Positions 1 through 14,519 are shown, counted from the stretch's first letter. The stretch is DNA of 64,000 nucleotides from Lama guanicoe (GCA_013239625.1 MU054187.1:15702941-15766940); one strand, 5' to 3'. The notes: generated from the sequence alone by a model not told the origin. Made by a program: numbers and translations.

Positions 1-335
1 TGATGAGTGGATAAACAAAATAGGGTGTATCTACCCACCAGAATATTATTCAACCATAAAATATGAAGTATTGATATATGCTATAGATGAATCATGAAAA
101 CATGCTCAGTGAAAGGAACAAGACAGACTCACATACACATAAAATATACAAAATGTTATACAATTTCATTTATATGAAATGTGCAGAATGGGGAAATCTC
201 AGAGAGAAAAAAACAGAAACCAGTGGTTTGTAAGGGCTAGTAATGCATGTTTTTTGAGGGGGTGATGAAAATGTGCTGGAATTAAATAGTGATGCTGGTT
301 GCACATCCTTTTGAATATTATTAAAACAACTGAAT
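1..335 (+). mobile_element. L1M (L1MB/MC-like) 3' end fragment
   Basis: Typical L1 3' motifs GATGAGTGGATAAACAAAAT, GAATATTATTCAACCATAAA, GATGAAAATGTGCTGGAATTA. Confidence 0.8.
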
Positions 336-384
336 TATAAATAGATAAAATGGAAAGAAATAGAAAATATGTAACACTAGATTT

Positions 385-1510
385 TAACACATTATAAAAC
401 TGTAGTAATTTTTAAAAATTGGTACTATTTTGTACATGATAGATCAATAAGAAGAAACAGAGTCCAAATATATTCATAAACACACAAACACACAGCTCTT
501 TTTTGTTCATGTTGAGACTATATCAAATACTTGCTAAAAGATATTTTATTCAATAAATGTGTGTGGATAACAGGCCATGATACAGAGAAAACAATTGCAA
601 CTGCATCCCTGCTTCAATATTATGCCAAAATATATTCCAGATGAAATAAAATTTTAAATATAAAATAATAGTTATAAAAGTCATAAGAAAGAGGGAGTGA
701 GAGAGATTGAGAGGATTTTTTTCTCTAGTTCTAGTAAGAAGACTTGTGAACAGTAAACACAGTAAGGTTTTGACTTTACTGTGAAATAATGAATTTTGTG
801 AAAATTTTAAAATATCAGCATGACAAAAATAGTAGCTTATATTTAGATGAATATTAATTTTAATATATGCAAAGCTTTTATGAATCAAGAAAGTAGCAAC
901 CAGCTTTATAAGTCAAAGGATATTTGCATGTAGTTCAAAGAAAAAAATAAACTTTTAAACATATAGTAAAGTGCCTGGTCTGTACAAATACTTAAAGAAA
1001 TGTAAGTGTAAACAATAATATAGTATCATTTCTACTCTTCATTTTAGCCAAAATAAAAATTTCTGTTAATATTTGGTATTGAGGTTATAGGAAAAAAGAC
1101 GTGTGGTGTTGGGGGTGTATGTAAATTATTACAATAACTTTGAAATAATTTGACCTTATCCCTCAAAAATAAAGAAAAATCTATACCTGTTGATTCAGAA
1201 TTGCTGTCTCTAGAAAGACACACATTATTAGCATAGTTTGCAGGCTATTCATGATAACACTGTCTTTAACAGTAAACGCTGGAGACAGCTGTCTTTTGGG
1301 AGACTTACTGCCCAATATATGGTGATATGGAAACATTTCCTGGATATATTCTCAGGTGAAGACTTTTGAGAGTCATACTGTATATTTTGATTTATTTGTA
1401 TTTAAAAAGTACAAAGACACACTTATACACATACAGTTATTATATGCATAGACTTGCTCTGCATAAATCCACAATAATTCCAAAATAGTTGTGGTGCCAC
1501 TAGGAAGGGC
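385..1510 (+). mobile_element. Highly decayed ancient L1 (L1ME-like) ORF2-end/3' fragment
   Basis: Degenerate motifs TTATAAAACTGTAGTAATT..GGTACT..GATAGATCAAT, CAAAATATATTCCAGATG, GTAAATTATTACAATAACTTTGAAA; boundaries approximate. Confidence 0.5.
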
Positions 1511-1623
1511 AATTTGGGATCTGAAGGGAGAAGGCGATTACTTGCCATATAGAAGGCTGCATAGGCAAATCAATCTCAAATATTTGAAGAAATTTCCTGT
1601 GGTATAAGAAGAAATGCACTACT

Positions 1624-1790
1624 GGTTATGAGAACAGACTTTGACATTAGATAGCCCTATATTTTTGTTTGTTTTTGTTACTTACTGTGTCTTGGGAAAT
1701 TACTCTCTGTAAAATAAAGATAAAAATGGTGGCCGCCTATAGAGCTATTGTAAGCATTAAATAAGAAAAAGCATGTAACGTATTCTAGAG
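1624..1790 (+). mobile_element. MIR SINE remnant
   Basis: GGTTATGAGAACAGACTTTG..CTTACTGTGTCTTGGGAAATTAC..CTGTAAAAT..GCTATTGTAAGCATTAAAT resembles the MIR consensus. Confidence 0.6.
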
Positions 1791-4700
1791 TCTGACAAAG
1801 AGTAATAAATGACATATATCGTTTTTATTATTAATAGTAAGAGTAGCTCAAGGAATTTGAATGTACAAAGCTTTTGGCTTCCAGTGACAGAAGTTGTGAA
1901 GATGCTCTTACAGTGGCTGTGATCTAACTGAAAGCTTCCGGTCCATGTTGCCACGATAAACTGAGGTGTGACAATCATTGTTGTCTGTGTTGTGAGTAAT
2001 TTGTTTCTTGTAATACTTTACCAGTTTCTTTTATGTTAGAACTGAATCAGTGCCATACCCATAAAGAATTCTCTCACTCTCTCAAATTATGAAATGATTT
2101 CTTGAGTAGGAAAGGGGTGGAGTTCCTTTTAACCATAATGCAGAGAATTGTTGACAGCTTTGGGTGTGCCAATGGGAGTGTTCTGTGTATGAGAAGATTA
2201 TGTCACCAAAAGTTATAAGCCTTTGCTGTAGATGGGAACCAGTTTTAAAGTCAGTAAACACAAAGTTCTAGGTGATCTAAGAACCTAGGAATATTTGTAG
2301 ACCATTTTCATAATGCAGGAGCCTCAGTCACTTTCATAATCTTAAAAGCCAATGGAATTCTGCTCATGATCAGGAAAGGAAACCAAATATAACTTTACCC
2401 TTTATATTAAACAGTAGTGTTTCTCTTTTTAAAATACCATGTTCCTTTCTGGTTATTAAATCTCAGGAAGGACACATTCTTAGAACTGGCATTACTAGGC
2501 CAAAAGTTATAAACATTTTAATAGCTCTTGATCTATCATACTCATATATGCATGATACACATATATTGAGGGAAAGCCACTTATAGTGTTACCAGCATTA
2601 CATGAGTGATATTAGTTATCTGCATCATATAATGTTGTCATTTACACAATAAGCTAATTTGCTAGTCATAAAATTGTATTTTGAGATTAATGTCCTTTGA
2701 TTATTACCAAATCTGGACACTTTCCCATATGTTGATTCATATTTCCCTTTGTCTAAATTGTACATTTATGTTCTACTTATGACAATTTGTTTATTAGGTT
2801 CTTGATGTTTTCACTACCAATTAAAATGATCCATTATTACTTATATAAAAGTACCCTGGAATCTTACCTAGTGAATTTTTACTTGTGGAAACTAGTTTGA
2901 GCCTCTTATCTGTCTAACTCTATAATTTGTGATTTTGAATTAGACCTATTATACTTCATGGTCCATGAGTAGAAAAGAGGGTAGATATTTCTTAATTTCA
3001 CTCCCTATTGTAAGTAATTATAGAAATTTCTACCAGAAACTGGGATATATTCAACTCTTAACACTTATTAGGACTATCATTGAGAAATTTTCTTTTCAGA
3101 GAGTTTTATCAATAGTTTATCATTACAAGGTCTGTTTTTCCATGCTGTTATTCTCTGAAAATATCTTAGTTTTCGAGTGTGGGTACAGATTTTACCCGCT
3201 AAATATTTGATGTAGTTACTTATTTCTAAACCCAGTTCTTCTGCTAACTTGTTAGTAAACCTTTGACAAGTCATTCAGCCTCTTTGTTTCCTCAACCACA
3301 AATGAAGTATTAGCCTGAGATGTCTCTAAAATCCATGCTGGCTGCTCCTTATTGATTAATTTATACTGTGAATTTCTTGGCTCTAGATACACCTTGAGAA
3401 TTTCCACATGAATTGAGAGTTGTCCATGGTCTACAATGAGTTGGATTCTCTCCCTATCTCATTCTTTTAATCCTTTTCCAGCAAAGATAAACAGTACGAA
3501 GGTTTCAAAATTTTAAAATCCCAGACTCCACTGTTTTGAAATTATTCTAATTTACTAAAATATGGACAAAGATAAAGCAAAACATGTAAAAGCACTGTCT
3601 TGCAGTGTTTCTGAGTCAATTTCATTGTCCTGTGACTTATAGGCAACTACTCATGTGTCTTATGAGAGAGTTACATTGCAAGCTTCATGCTACAAGAGTT
3701 ACAAAAAGTCCGTACAAGATTTGGAAATATAGCCATGCAAAGAATTATTGCCACTTTTTCATCTAGTTTAAAAATCATCTGAGAAAGAATGTGATGAATC
3801 CATTTAAACTCTTAGTTACATTTTAAATATTTTGTACATACATGGACTCTGAATAATTAACTTTGCTCACTACTCAGTGATTTAAGTGGAATGACCCTTG
3901 ACAGTCTGTTTGTAGTAACTAACACAATCCATTCTAATTAATTTTTTTAAGGGAAGATATCTCCAGAGTTTAAGATTCTTGGAGGCAAAATTACCCTTTT
4001 AAAATTGGTTAGTTTAGTGATTTTTCTCTCTTAATGAAAATGAAAGTGTTTTGCATTTTAAAAACCTGGATGTGCTTTTTTAAAGGCACATGATTATGTA
4101 AGTAATTTAAGCTCAGACATTTATTATTGAGAATTGTACCTTTACTTTCTGCATACCAGTCTTCTAATTTATTTGAAACCGTGTAGCCTAAAAGTTAAGT
4201 AACAGTAGGTCTGAAAGTAAAAGATTCAGTGATTTTTAAAAGAATATGAATTTGAAAGCTAAACAAATACTAAAATAATTTTACTAACATAAACGTTCAG
4301 TTTATAAGATAGCAAAAATAAAATCTATCATAAAATTTACAAGCAGCTCTAGTAATTATTAAATACTAGATTTAGTGAGCAGAGAACTCTTATCTTCCTT
4401 TTTAAGTGGCTGTTTATCTTACACTTGACCTCTTCCCTCATTTTATCCTTTTGAATAATCCTGTAGTAGAGTGAATCTCTGATTAATATTTAAATGTACA
4501 TGGAGAGAAATAGGTAACCTAATCAGAGAAAATAATTAACAAACCACCTCATTCTTGTGTCCCTTAATTCCTACAAGGCAGTGGATATCTTGATCACTAC
4601 AGTATCATTTCCTTTGACCTCCTTTCTAATTCAAAGCTTAGTAGATTTCATGATTGAACTGGCTCACTATCACTTAATTATAGTTCCTAAATATTTTCTG

Positions 4701-6972
4701 AATTAAAATCTACCATTTTGCTAGTTGTTTTCCGTTTGTTCCATTTATGTTTTGTGTCTTTTTTTGTCTCTTCTTGTCTTCTCTGTGCTAAATTGGACAT
4801 CTTTTATGATTTCATTTTGCTTTCTCTCTTGACTTATTTTTTATTCCTCAACATCAATATGTCTTTCCATTTTTTGTTGTTGTTAAATAAATGAATCAAT
4901 GAGATAATTTAATATCTCTAATCTCCCTTTTTGTGAACTAGGGAAAGTTATAATACCAACACTTTATAGTTGTTTGGATAATTTAAAGACTTAGTAAATA
5001 GTATAATAAAATAAACAGCAAATAGTATATATAAAGATATAGTAAATGGTATAATCATGCAATCATTTAATAATAATGTAATAGTATAATGAAGATTATA
5101 ATAGTAGTATAATAAATGATATTAAATATCCATAATTAATCAATGTAAATAAATTATATAATAGAATATGAAATAGGATAATAAATAGCTTAGCAAAGTG
5201 CCTAAAATACACAGTGAGCTCAATAATACTAGTTATATAAGAAATAATTACATAATTATGTAAGAAACTCCTCCTTCCACCATTATGATTTTAGGACTGC
5301 CTGTTTCTCTAATGGAAGTCACACAAGTATAACAGCCAAAGTTAGTAAGTCTTAGTAAATTTTTAAATGATGACTTTGGTTTCATTTAGTGCTTTAAATT
5401 TGTGTTCATTTTTCCTCTTCTATTGTGTCTTTTTGCTTATTTTGTCTGCTTAGTAGCTTCTTTTTGTTTAGTTTTCTGCCCAATACAATTTATTTTCCTT
5501 TAAAATTAGCTAACTTTTACAAATAACATAAAGTGAATCTCTTTAATAAACAAATTGTAATTTTTGAAATATTTTGATAGTATCTTAAGTAAATTGTCAT
5601 ATAAATAGTTTTGAAATGGAGTAAAGTACTAACATGTAATATTAAATGTAAAGAATGCCAAGGTTTCTTCATTTACACTTACTGTTATCCAATTCTTAAA
5701 GTATTATCTCAAGTAGGATGTAATATAAATAAATTGTTTTATACGTGGATAATTTTCAATAGAAAATAATGTAAGAACTAACAGAAAAACATACTCAAGT
5801 CCAAAAGAATAAATATTTGGTAATGATCAGATCAAATTTTAAAGCTGTTGAAATGACAAATATTCTTTAAATTTTTCCAGATAGAATCAGAAAGACAATA
5901 AAATTGAAGTTATAGAGCTTATAACTTCAACTCCCTAGTTAAAAGCAGGGCAGCAAGATGCATTTTTTGAGAATGATTGAGGGAAATAGACATTTTAAGG
6001 TTCAGCACAAGTAAATCATTTGCTTGGTTGTAGCTGACTTATAATATGTACATAATATGTTTTAAAATCTATTGGTAGTATTTATTAATACTTTAGGTAT
6101 TATAATAATAAAAACTAGATAAATGATTGCTTTTCCCCCACAGTCATTAAGTAATTACTATCATTGCTCCAATTTAGGGAAGAATTTTATAACTTGTTTT
6201 AGAAATTGGACATCTGTGAATGTTCTAACAGTCCTAAACTGGTCCCAGCATGTTAGCCAGTTGAAGTCTATGATCAATGTATATTCTTACTACATAAAGC
6301 TAATTTGGTACCATCTTTTACTTGACGTGTGTTGTTTCCTTTTGAATCTCATCTTTTAAATGCAGTGATTTAAGAGTTCTGCAGTTACATTAGAAATACA
6401 GTCATTATCTTTTGGATGAAAACTGTCTTTTAAAATACCTGTTGTACACCTATTTTAAAGCTGTAGTTGTTTCATATCTTATGCTGTTTTATGTCCCCCT
6501 TCCAATACTTAGTTATTAAAAGTAACTTTGGAGTATAGAGTTCCTTTCCCCCAAAACGCTGTATTTATTAGCTTTCTTTGTAAAAGATTCTGCCCAGGAA
6601 TTACAAGTGTAAGCTGGCATACTAATTCATTAATTAAAGAAGCATGTTTTTTATGTACATACTATTACTTAACTATGAAGATACTGGTGTTATGATGATG
6701 TATAAGAGGTTTGTCTATCTAGCTTAGAGTGAAACAGAGTACACTTATATGAGCATTTATTTTATATTTTATAACATGTAAGTAAATAAATGTTTAAAAA
6801 GTAAATAAAGATTAAACAGTTCTTTATAATTTTCAACAGGCTGAAGCAAGTTATCACAGTTGATCCTTACAATTTTCAAAAAGCATGAACATATTTTCAC
6901 AATTGATTCTCAGTTAAAATATGTTGAATTTTAAATGAGGACACATGACCTGAGTCTCATATACTACAGGTC

Positions 6973-7185
6973 CAGGTTTCTCAACCTGAGACTCATTGAC
7001 ATTTGACGTAGATAATTCTTTGCTGTGAACAATTGCTCTGTCATTGTAAGGTGTTTGCAGCATTCCTGGACTGTACCCTCTGGATATCAACATCACCTCT
7101 CTCTCAGCTATTATAACTAGAAAGGTCTCCAGACGTTCGCAAATGTCACCCCTGAGGGGAAATCACACTTCACTGAGAATCACTG
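6973..7185 (-). mobile_element. MER20-like hAT-Charlie DNA transposon, near full length
   Basis: Termini CAGGTTTCTCAACC..TGAGAATCACTG; internal CATTGACATTTG..ATAATTCTTTGCTGTG..TCTCCAGACGTTCGCAAATGTC. Confidence 0.85.
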
Positions 7186-9351
7186 CTGTAGCTTAATGAT
7201 TTTCTTAATATGCCACCTAAATTTTGCTGATATTTCATACAAGTTAATCTAAAGCTGGAATTATGTTGTGCTTATATATAGTGGAAATACTTTCACTGGA
7301 GTTTGGTTACTTGTCTTTAAATAGCTTGAGAAAGTGAATTGACACATACCTCCAAACAGATGGCATAAAAGAAGCAGCAAACCCCTTGGAACCACAAAGA
7401 CCTGTTTTGAATCCCAGCTCTCTGTAGCGAATGCAAAAGAACAGTAATGTCCTTGAACCCACAGGATGATGAGTTCATCTCCCTCATGCTTTTTCCTAAA
7501 TGCTAATTCAACCTTCTGGGATCAAGGCATTTGAGCATTATATCTCTATCATTATCATACAGGCTGTCTCAGTAATCCCTAATTCTCATTGCTGCAATGA
7601 CTGCTTTATGTAAAAAAATTTTAGTCTTGTATTTAATTTCTTCTTTCCTCATACATACAAAACATTGATCCCCTTCCTAGATATGTAATAAACTAATTGT
7701 TCCAATATTTTGGACCCTAGTAATGAACAATAAATGAAGACATGGAGAGTATCTGTGTGAGCTTTCTTAGTCTGGATATGTTGAATGTAGCAAGAAGCTG
7801 GCATATACAACTATGTAAGCATGCAGATGCAACTAGTGAGCTACTGCAAATGTTTTTAGGACAAAGAGATTCAGTGAGTTTTTAAAAATCTTTCCAAAGT
7901 CCATAATACGGAAGAGAGTATTAAATTTAGTAAAGTGTATCAAGACATTTCATTAACACTTATGTTGATTATAGCTGACCAGAAACAGATAATTCTGTGT
8001 ATTTTTGATCCCTACTTATATTATTGTCCACAGAGTTTTACTCCATGTGACAAAAAAGCACTCCAGGGGAAAAAGGGTTAGTTAAAAATTGGGGATATAG
8101 AATTATATTTTGCAATGGAGTAATCTAATAAAATTTTGGAATCCTATTTCTAAATAGTGATTTTAATTTTAAAAGCATGAGATTCCAAGGAGAAGAAAAT
8201 AGCAGTAAAGTAAAGAATGAAAACTTATGAGGTAGATGAGGAAAAGGAGAAAAAAAAGATGTTGCCACACAGGTACAGGTGGAATTAGCGTGATATAATT
8301 TTAAATAAAAACAGTTATTGTATTTAGTAAGTCTGGTGCAGATTTCGAGAGAGGCTAAAATGAAACTTAAGTTTCAAGGCCCATCAGTTGAGCCCCTTCT
8401 AACATCCTGGTTAGGGCAATTCGTTTCTAGTAATTTGCTCCTCTTCAAGAGGCCTCAAAATTGTATAAACATCATTTCCACGAAAAATAGATTGGCTATC
8501 GATTTACAGTCTAGTTTTCTCTCCTTGGTGTTAACATTAACTCATTGCATTTAAAAAACAATAGTAATGCTATAAAAATTATTCTTATATACTCTTAACA
8601 CTTAAGTAAAACATAATACGTAAGTAAAACATAATATTTAATAATGCCCCGAGCATTTTTATACAAATACATATTGAATTTATTTAAGTTTTGCATATTC
8701 ATTGCTTAAACTTTTCTTACGGTCTAGGTTTCTGACCTAAGGTGTCCTGTCTTTTCTTTCTGTTTCCTTTCCTTTTCCTTTCTTTTCTTTTTTTTTCTAC
8801 CATACCTGCAGGGAGAACAGTTAGAAAAACATATCTGTTATAATAATGCCTATTCATTATTGAAAAATTTAAAGTTGCCCTAATTAATGTGATTGTAACA
8901 GTGCTTGGCTGAACATACATTCCATTTACTATCATAACCCAGTATCACAGTGAATTATTGGCTGAAGTTTTTTTTTTAATTAAAGATTTGGAAATAGGGG
9001 TTTTACTTTTATGGCCCTGGAACTGAAAAGTTATTGTTTGGTTTCCTGTAACAACAACAAAAGGACTGGTAAACATTTGGAGGTTGGGTCAACAAACATG
9101 GACAAACTTAAAGGGGATGGATTTGTTGATACATATCAGTTTTTTCCTTTCCATTTAAAACCCAAATACTAATCACAAAAATATATTCATATAGCTTTCT
9201 TAAAGGCTGGTAGTGGCTTAACAAATTAACACAGGGATTAAAAAAATATGTATATGCTTGAAAGACTACAAAAGAATTTGTTATTCACAAAAAGTTGTTA
9301 TTTGCTTCAGAATATAATTAACATGTTACATGTCACAAGAAAGCCAATGAA

Positions 9352-9963
9352 CAGCTTTCTTTTCATTACATATCCCATGTTTGTGAATTTGGCTACTTGC
9401 TAACATTTTTTTTTCTTACCCCAGAATCAGAACTCAAAGTACTTTTGCAGGGCTCAGTGGTGAAAGGTTTGAGTTGCTGGATGAGCATGTGGACCTCAAC
9501 AAGGAACATGCTCATCCAACCCTCTGTACTATAGACAAGTGTCCTTTCACAACATCTTCACTGCCACATTTCCCTCATCTGTATACTTTTTGTTGGTGAT
9601 TTTGCTGTTTAAAATGACCGCTAAGTTTAGCACTGAGGTGCTGTCTAGTGTTGCTAATTGCTGAAGGCTATGGCATGCCTCACAGAAAAAATATATCTTA
9701 GATAAGCTTTGTTCAGGCATGAGTTATAATGTTGTTGACTGTGAGTTCAATGGTAACAAATCAACAGCATAGCTATTAAATAAGGGGCCTTTAAATAGAA
9801 ATGCACTTAGAACAGGTTATGAATTGATTCATTCATGAACATGTTGTGACCAGAGGCTCACAGGAACCTAACCCTGCATTTCTCCTAGGAGCAAAGGTTC
9901 AGTATTTGCTAATTCAGTGTTGCAGCAACTTCCCACTGAAATACCTAAGAATAAAGAACAATG
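9352..9963 (+). mobile_element. MER82-like Tigger (TcMar) non-autonomous DNA transposon
   Basis: TTGTTGGTGATTTTGCTGTTTAAAATG..TTAGATAAGCTTTGTTCAGGCATGAGTTATA..TGTGACCAGAGGCTCACAGGAACCTAACCCTG..GGTTCAGTATTTGCTAATTCAGTGTT; includes a decayed transposase HTH start. Confidence 0.8.
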
Positions 9964-10299
9964 TAAATTAAGGCAGACATTGAAGAATCCGACAGCAAGG
10001 AGGGTTTACACTTCTTTCTATGTACCTTGAAACCAGTAAGTTTATTACTTCAAGATCTAAATGTATAAAACATTGAATTTCTCAATTCTGCTTTGTGGAT
10101 CCAGTGGAAAGACAATGGTTCAATTATCTGCCTCTTTATAAAGATATAAATTCTTCTTCTTCTTCTTTTCTTGTACATTTCATGTAGGCAGGAAATTTCT
10201 CTATTTGTTTATGTAGAAATAGTCACTAGAAAAGTGCTTGACTTATGCACTCATTATTAATGCTATACTCTGTCATAGTTAATTATCGGTATATGTATT

Positions 10300-10420
10300 T
10301 TATTCGCACAATCAGTAAGTATTTGTGGAGTGCTTATCATTTGCTAGACACTAGTCTAGGCCCTAGAAACAAAATAAATAGACAATATGAAATCTTTGCC
10401 TTCATAGAATTTGCAGCTTA
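10300..10420 (-). mobile_element. L2 3' end remnant
   Basis: AAGTATTTGTGGAGTGCTTATCATTTGCTAGACACTAGTCTAGG..TGCCTTCATAGAATTTGCAG. Confidence 0.65.
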
Positions 10421-10423
10421 AAG

Positions 10424-10601
10424 CAATGCTTTCTGGACTTTGCTGCACATTGGACTCTCCTAAAGGCTTTTAAAAACACTGATACCTGACTTCTATCCCT
10501 AGACATTCTGATATACTTGGTATCTGATGGCACTTGGCCCTTGGGGGTCTTTAAAAGTTCCCCAGATGCTTCTGATGTGCAGCAGAATTTGTGAATTACT
10601 G
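10424..10601. mobile_element. MER5-like hAT-Charlie MITE
   Basis: Quasi-palindromic: CAATGCTTTCT..GCTGCACATTGGACTCTCCT..CCCAGATGCTTCTGATGTGCAGC..GAATTACTG. Confidence 0.75.
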
Positions 10602-13600
10602 ACCAAGTATATAAGTTAGACGTTAAGCAATTCCAAATTAGTTACTCTTGAGAGTGATTATAGCTTGTAATTTTGAAACTTAGTGCATTGCCAAAAGCCA
10701 TGACCTTACCTATGATGTTTGGTTCAAATTAAATTAATATTTGTTTGCTATTAAGATCATTTCAATTGTCCTATATTTTTATTCTAAAAGATATACTTCA
10801 TTATGTTATTTTCAAAAAGCCAACCAATATTGCTTCTTTCAAAAAGAAACATATAAAAGTGATGAAATATTTAACATTTTCAGTTGAGTCACACATACCT
10901 AACTATATTAGATGGAGCTGCAAATCTTAATTAGTTTTATCTAAATCAAATATATTAGTATGTTGTTCTCCCTAATATGTTGTATATAAAAAAGCTTTAA
11001 GGCCAAATGTTGAGTAGTTCTTAACTATATGACTGTGTGCATAATCTATTACTACATTTTTAAAATTAAGAAACAATAACTCTTAAGTATGTATGTTTGC
11101 ACTGGGCTCCCAGATACAAAAGTTTATGGTCATTATAATACATTTGTTCAAAATATTCAAGTCTAATAGTGCACTCAGCACAGTAGAACTGCTTCTATTT
11201 TTGTTAAACATTATATCGCTTCAGAACATATTTGAAACAGGTACTGGCCCAAACTGATAACTTTCTTCCCTTCATTTTGCATAATGCAGCATCTTTGGTA
11301 TCAAGAGTACCGCCACAATCTTAAAAGATTCTAACTTTGCTGAGTTTGCAGTGGCCACAGTGATAATACCCATTGTAAAAAGGAAATGCAGAAATAGTGA
11401 CTGTCCAATCCGTAACATGTTCCTTATACCCATACTTTTTTTTTTATATTTTCCTTACCAGTATAATCTATATTCCAGTTAATAATTTAGTACTAATCAA
11501 CTGCTTATCTTCTGAAAAGGAGAGTCTGTTTTGAATCACAAGACAACTGACCTTGAAGGTAGGTTTAATATATGCAGATTTCTAATATTGCCTCTAAGCT
11601 TTTACTCAGAGTATTTTCATTTCGGTCTCAGCTGTATAACCTCCTTTTGTCTATGCTAACAGTAACTGATTTAATTATGATACCATTTTCACTCTTCTTT
11701 AGTTTGGGGTTTTAACATTTATTGTATAACTAGTTCCAGATGACAATCTGGTGTTTCAGTGAGCAAATAGAAAAAAATATGGATAGCTGAGGTAAACCAT
11801 AAATATTACAAAAATAGTAGTATATTTCTAAACTATTTCACAAGCTGCTGTGTGTCTCTGCCCAATTCATTCATTCATTTAGCATTTTTTAGTAGTGATG
11901 TGAGTTTTTTACATTAGATAAAAGATGGGCCTAAAATAAGGATTTAAAATTGTTTTGGGGTTCTAGTTATGAATTGAAAAACAGTATAAATTGAGCAAGG
12001 AGATATGCAGTTTTTTAAATTTAAATTTCATTTCTAATTTTAATTTTTAAATACTTATTTAATGGGAATTTTAAAACTTTGTAAGCAAAATTTATGGAAG
12101 TTCAGTTTAATTTTAATTTTTCCCATCAGCTCTAAACTAGGAGTATATTTCAATAAGAATAGTAATACATAGTTTTTAATGTTGATAGTAAGTAACTTTG
12201 GCTTAAATGACCTAATGAGTTCTGTGGTATTTCTGGATATTGCTTGGTAATCAGCTAGATCAAAGAAAGAAAAAAAGACAAAGTAAAATTATTTTTGTTT
12301 ATCTAAAAATTATACATAATTTGGGCTGTGAGAAAGAACTTATGAAGTGCTTTGAAAATACAATCCCATCATTAGATCCAATTGCAAATTCTTTCTTTAC
12401 GTATCAGTGATAGCAACTTATTTTGAGGATTAAAATGCCTATTTTTGTTTGTTTTAATTTTTAAATATGTTTATTTTCCTTCATCACAAGGAAAAAGAAG
12501 AGATAAGACTTCTATTTCAAAAAAAGGAATGATGGTTAGGTGAAGACAGTGGCAGCAAGGCAGATAATGACATTTTAATTGACTTTTTTTTTTGAGAAAT
12601 GAAAGATGGCTTTGCTTTGAAATAATAAGCCATTTTATTGGGTAGAGTTCTCCTCTTAATGATTTCCTGTTGACACTGAAAAATACACTGGATTGATTTG
12701 GATTCTTATTCTTCTTCATCTAACTTTTAGTGATCACATTTGTGTCATCTTCATACTTAGAAAAGTGGAACAGGAAACAAGAGAAACTAATGTGCTCTTG
12801 GGATTAGCACAGTACTTTTGGTAACGAAAAGTGATCTCAAAGGAATACATTTACAGAACAAATTTTATTAGCTAAAACTTTAAAATAAAATGTTTTACTA
12901 TTAAAATTAACATTCCAAGTTGTTTTCATGAAGATTCCTTTATGAAAATAACCTGGATTTTTATTAGCCTGTTTTCTATTTTAAATCACGCTAGGAAGGA
13001 ATGACTAAATCAAATATAAAGGATAGAGCAATTTAACAGGCTTAATGGTCTTACAGATAAGATAGAAATGTTTCTGCTATTATCTTGAATAGTCAGTCAA
13101 TAATGAATTGAGTTGTTGTCTTCTTTAAACACTATGCTGTTTTCATCTCTTGTTATGTTGCTGTAAAGAAATTTAAATATCATATTTCACATGCCAGTTT
13201 AAGGAACGATTGCTTTAAGACAGACAGACATTTTTCAAGAACATTAGTTGTGCTATTTAAAATTGACCTTTTATCTACAAATAATGTTGTTTTTCTCTCT
13301 GGGGTATTTGACCTGTCTAGGACTAAGAAGGTACATTTTAGCCTGCAAGCCATGAGATCACATTGAAGAACAGTAACATTGTGCTCAGCTTAAAGAACAG
13401 ATACTACAAGTGACCTCTGTTCAGAGTGACTTTCAGTAGATCATAGCTGACGATATATATTTGTATTTTTGGTTGTAAATTAAGTTTATGTATTTCTACT
13501 TTAGAAAACATATGTTAGTCATTAGAAATTACTGTCTTAGGAGTTAGCATGAATGTTTGATGATTTTTTTCCCAATTAAACTTTTAGAAGTTAACTTAAA

Positions 13601-14519
13601 ATTACTCACAAATTTATGTGGAATGTAGGGGTTAGTAACAGAAGTCCCATTTATTTAAGGATAATTGTTTCTGTATCACCGAGGCATAAAATTAATACTT
13701 TTTTTCTTATAATTACTTAAGCTTTTAATCTAACGTAGGCTTAATTAATTTAGCCACAAGAAGTACTTGATGAAGCAATTATGAGAAGCTCCCTAGGCTT
13801 TTGATCTATCCCTTTCATAAAAATAACTGGATTCTAATATCAAAATATATAAACAAATACAATGACTGTTTTTGCATTTAAGTTTTATAAAATTAAATTG
13901 TATAATTTTATTTTGTTTGATTGTGCCAAATGACATGTTTCCAAAACCAAAGTTACTAAATTATGAACATTCAACAATCACTATTGAATGGAAAACACAA
14001 TAAAATACCGAAGAGTGTGATGCTGGCTTTGATTATGATGCATAATTAAAAATCCAAAAGTAACCATGACTAAAATGATTTCTGTGACATTTTCTTTTTT
14101 TCCTCTTATCTCTTTATTTCTTTTCTTTCTCATCCTCCTCATTGTCCTTCCCTACTCCTCTTTAAGCAAACAGAAATATTCTGAGTTAAGCCAAGTTAAT
14201 TTTAGAAGTAGAGAGGAGGGATTTGTCATAAGAAGGAATAGAAATTATTTTTTAAATACAAGTTATCTCATGTTAAAATCAATACAAGAGAAAATCTAAT
14301 TAATCTCTACTTAGCCAGCTCTCTGCATTAACTCAGGTTCTCAGCTTCCTTAGTGGAAGATACTAGTTTCCAGGGTAGGCTGCCTTCCATAAGCAGAAGG
14401 CATCTTTAAAAAAAAAAAAAAAAAGAAAGAAAACGAAACAGCATTGATTGTTTTATTTTGTATTTCTCTGATTACTAATAAGGTTGATATTTTCCCATGT
14501 TGTTCAATTTATTTATAAA

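Noticed and set aside
8325..8470. Possible hAT-Tip100-type DNA transposon fragment
   Set aside because: Resemblance too weak to call without an alignment.
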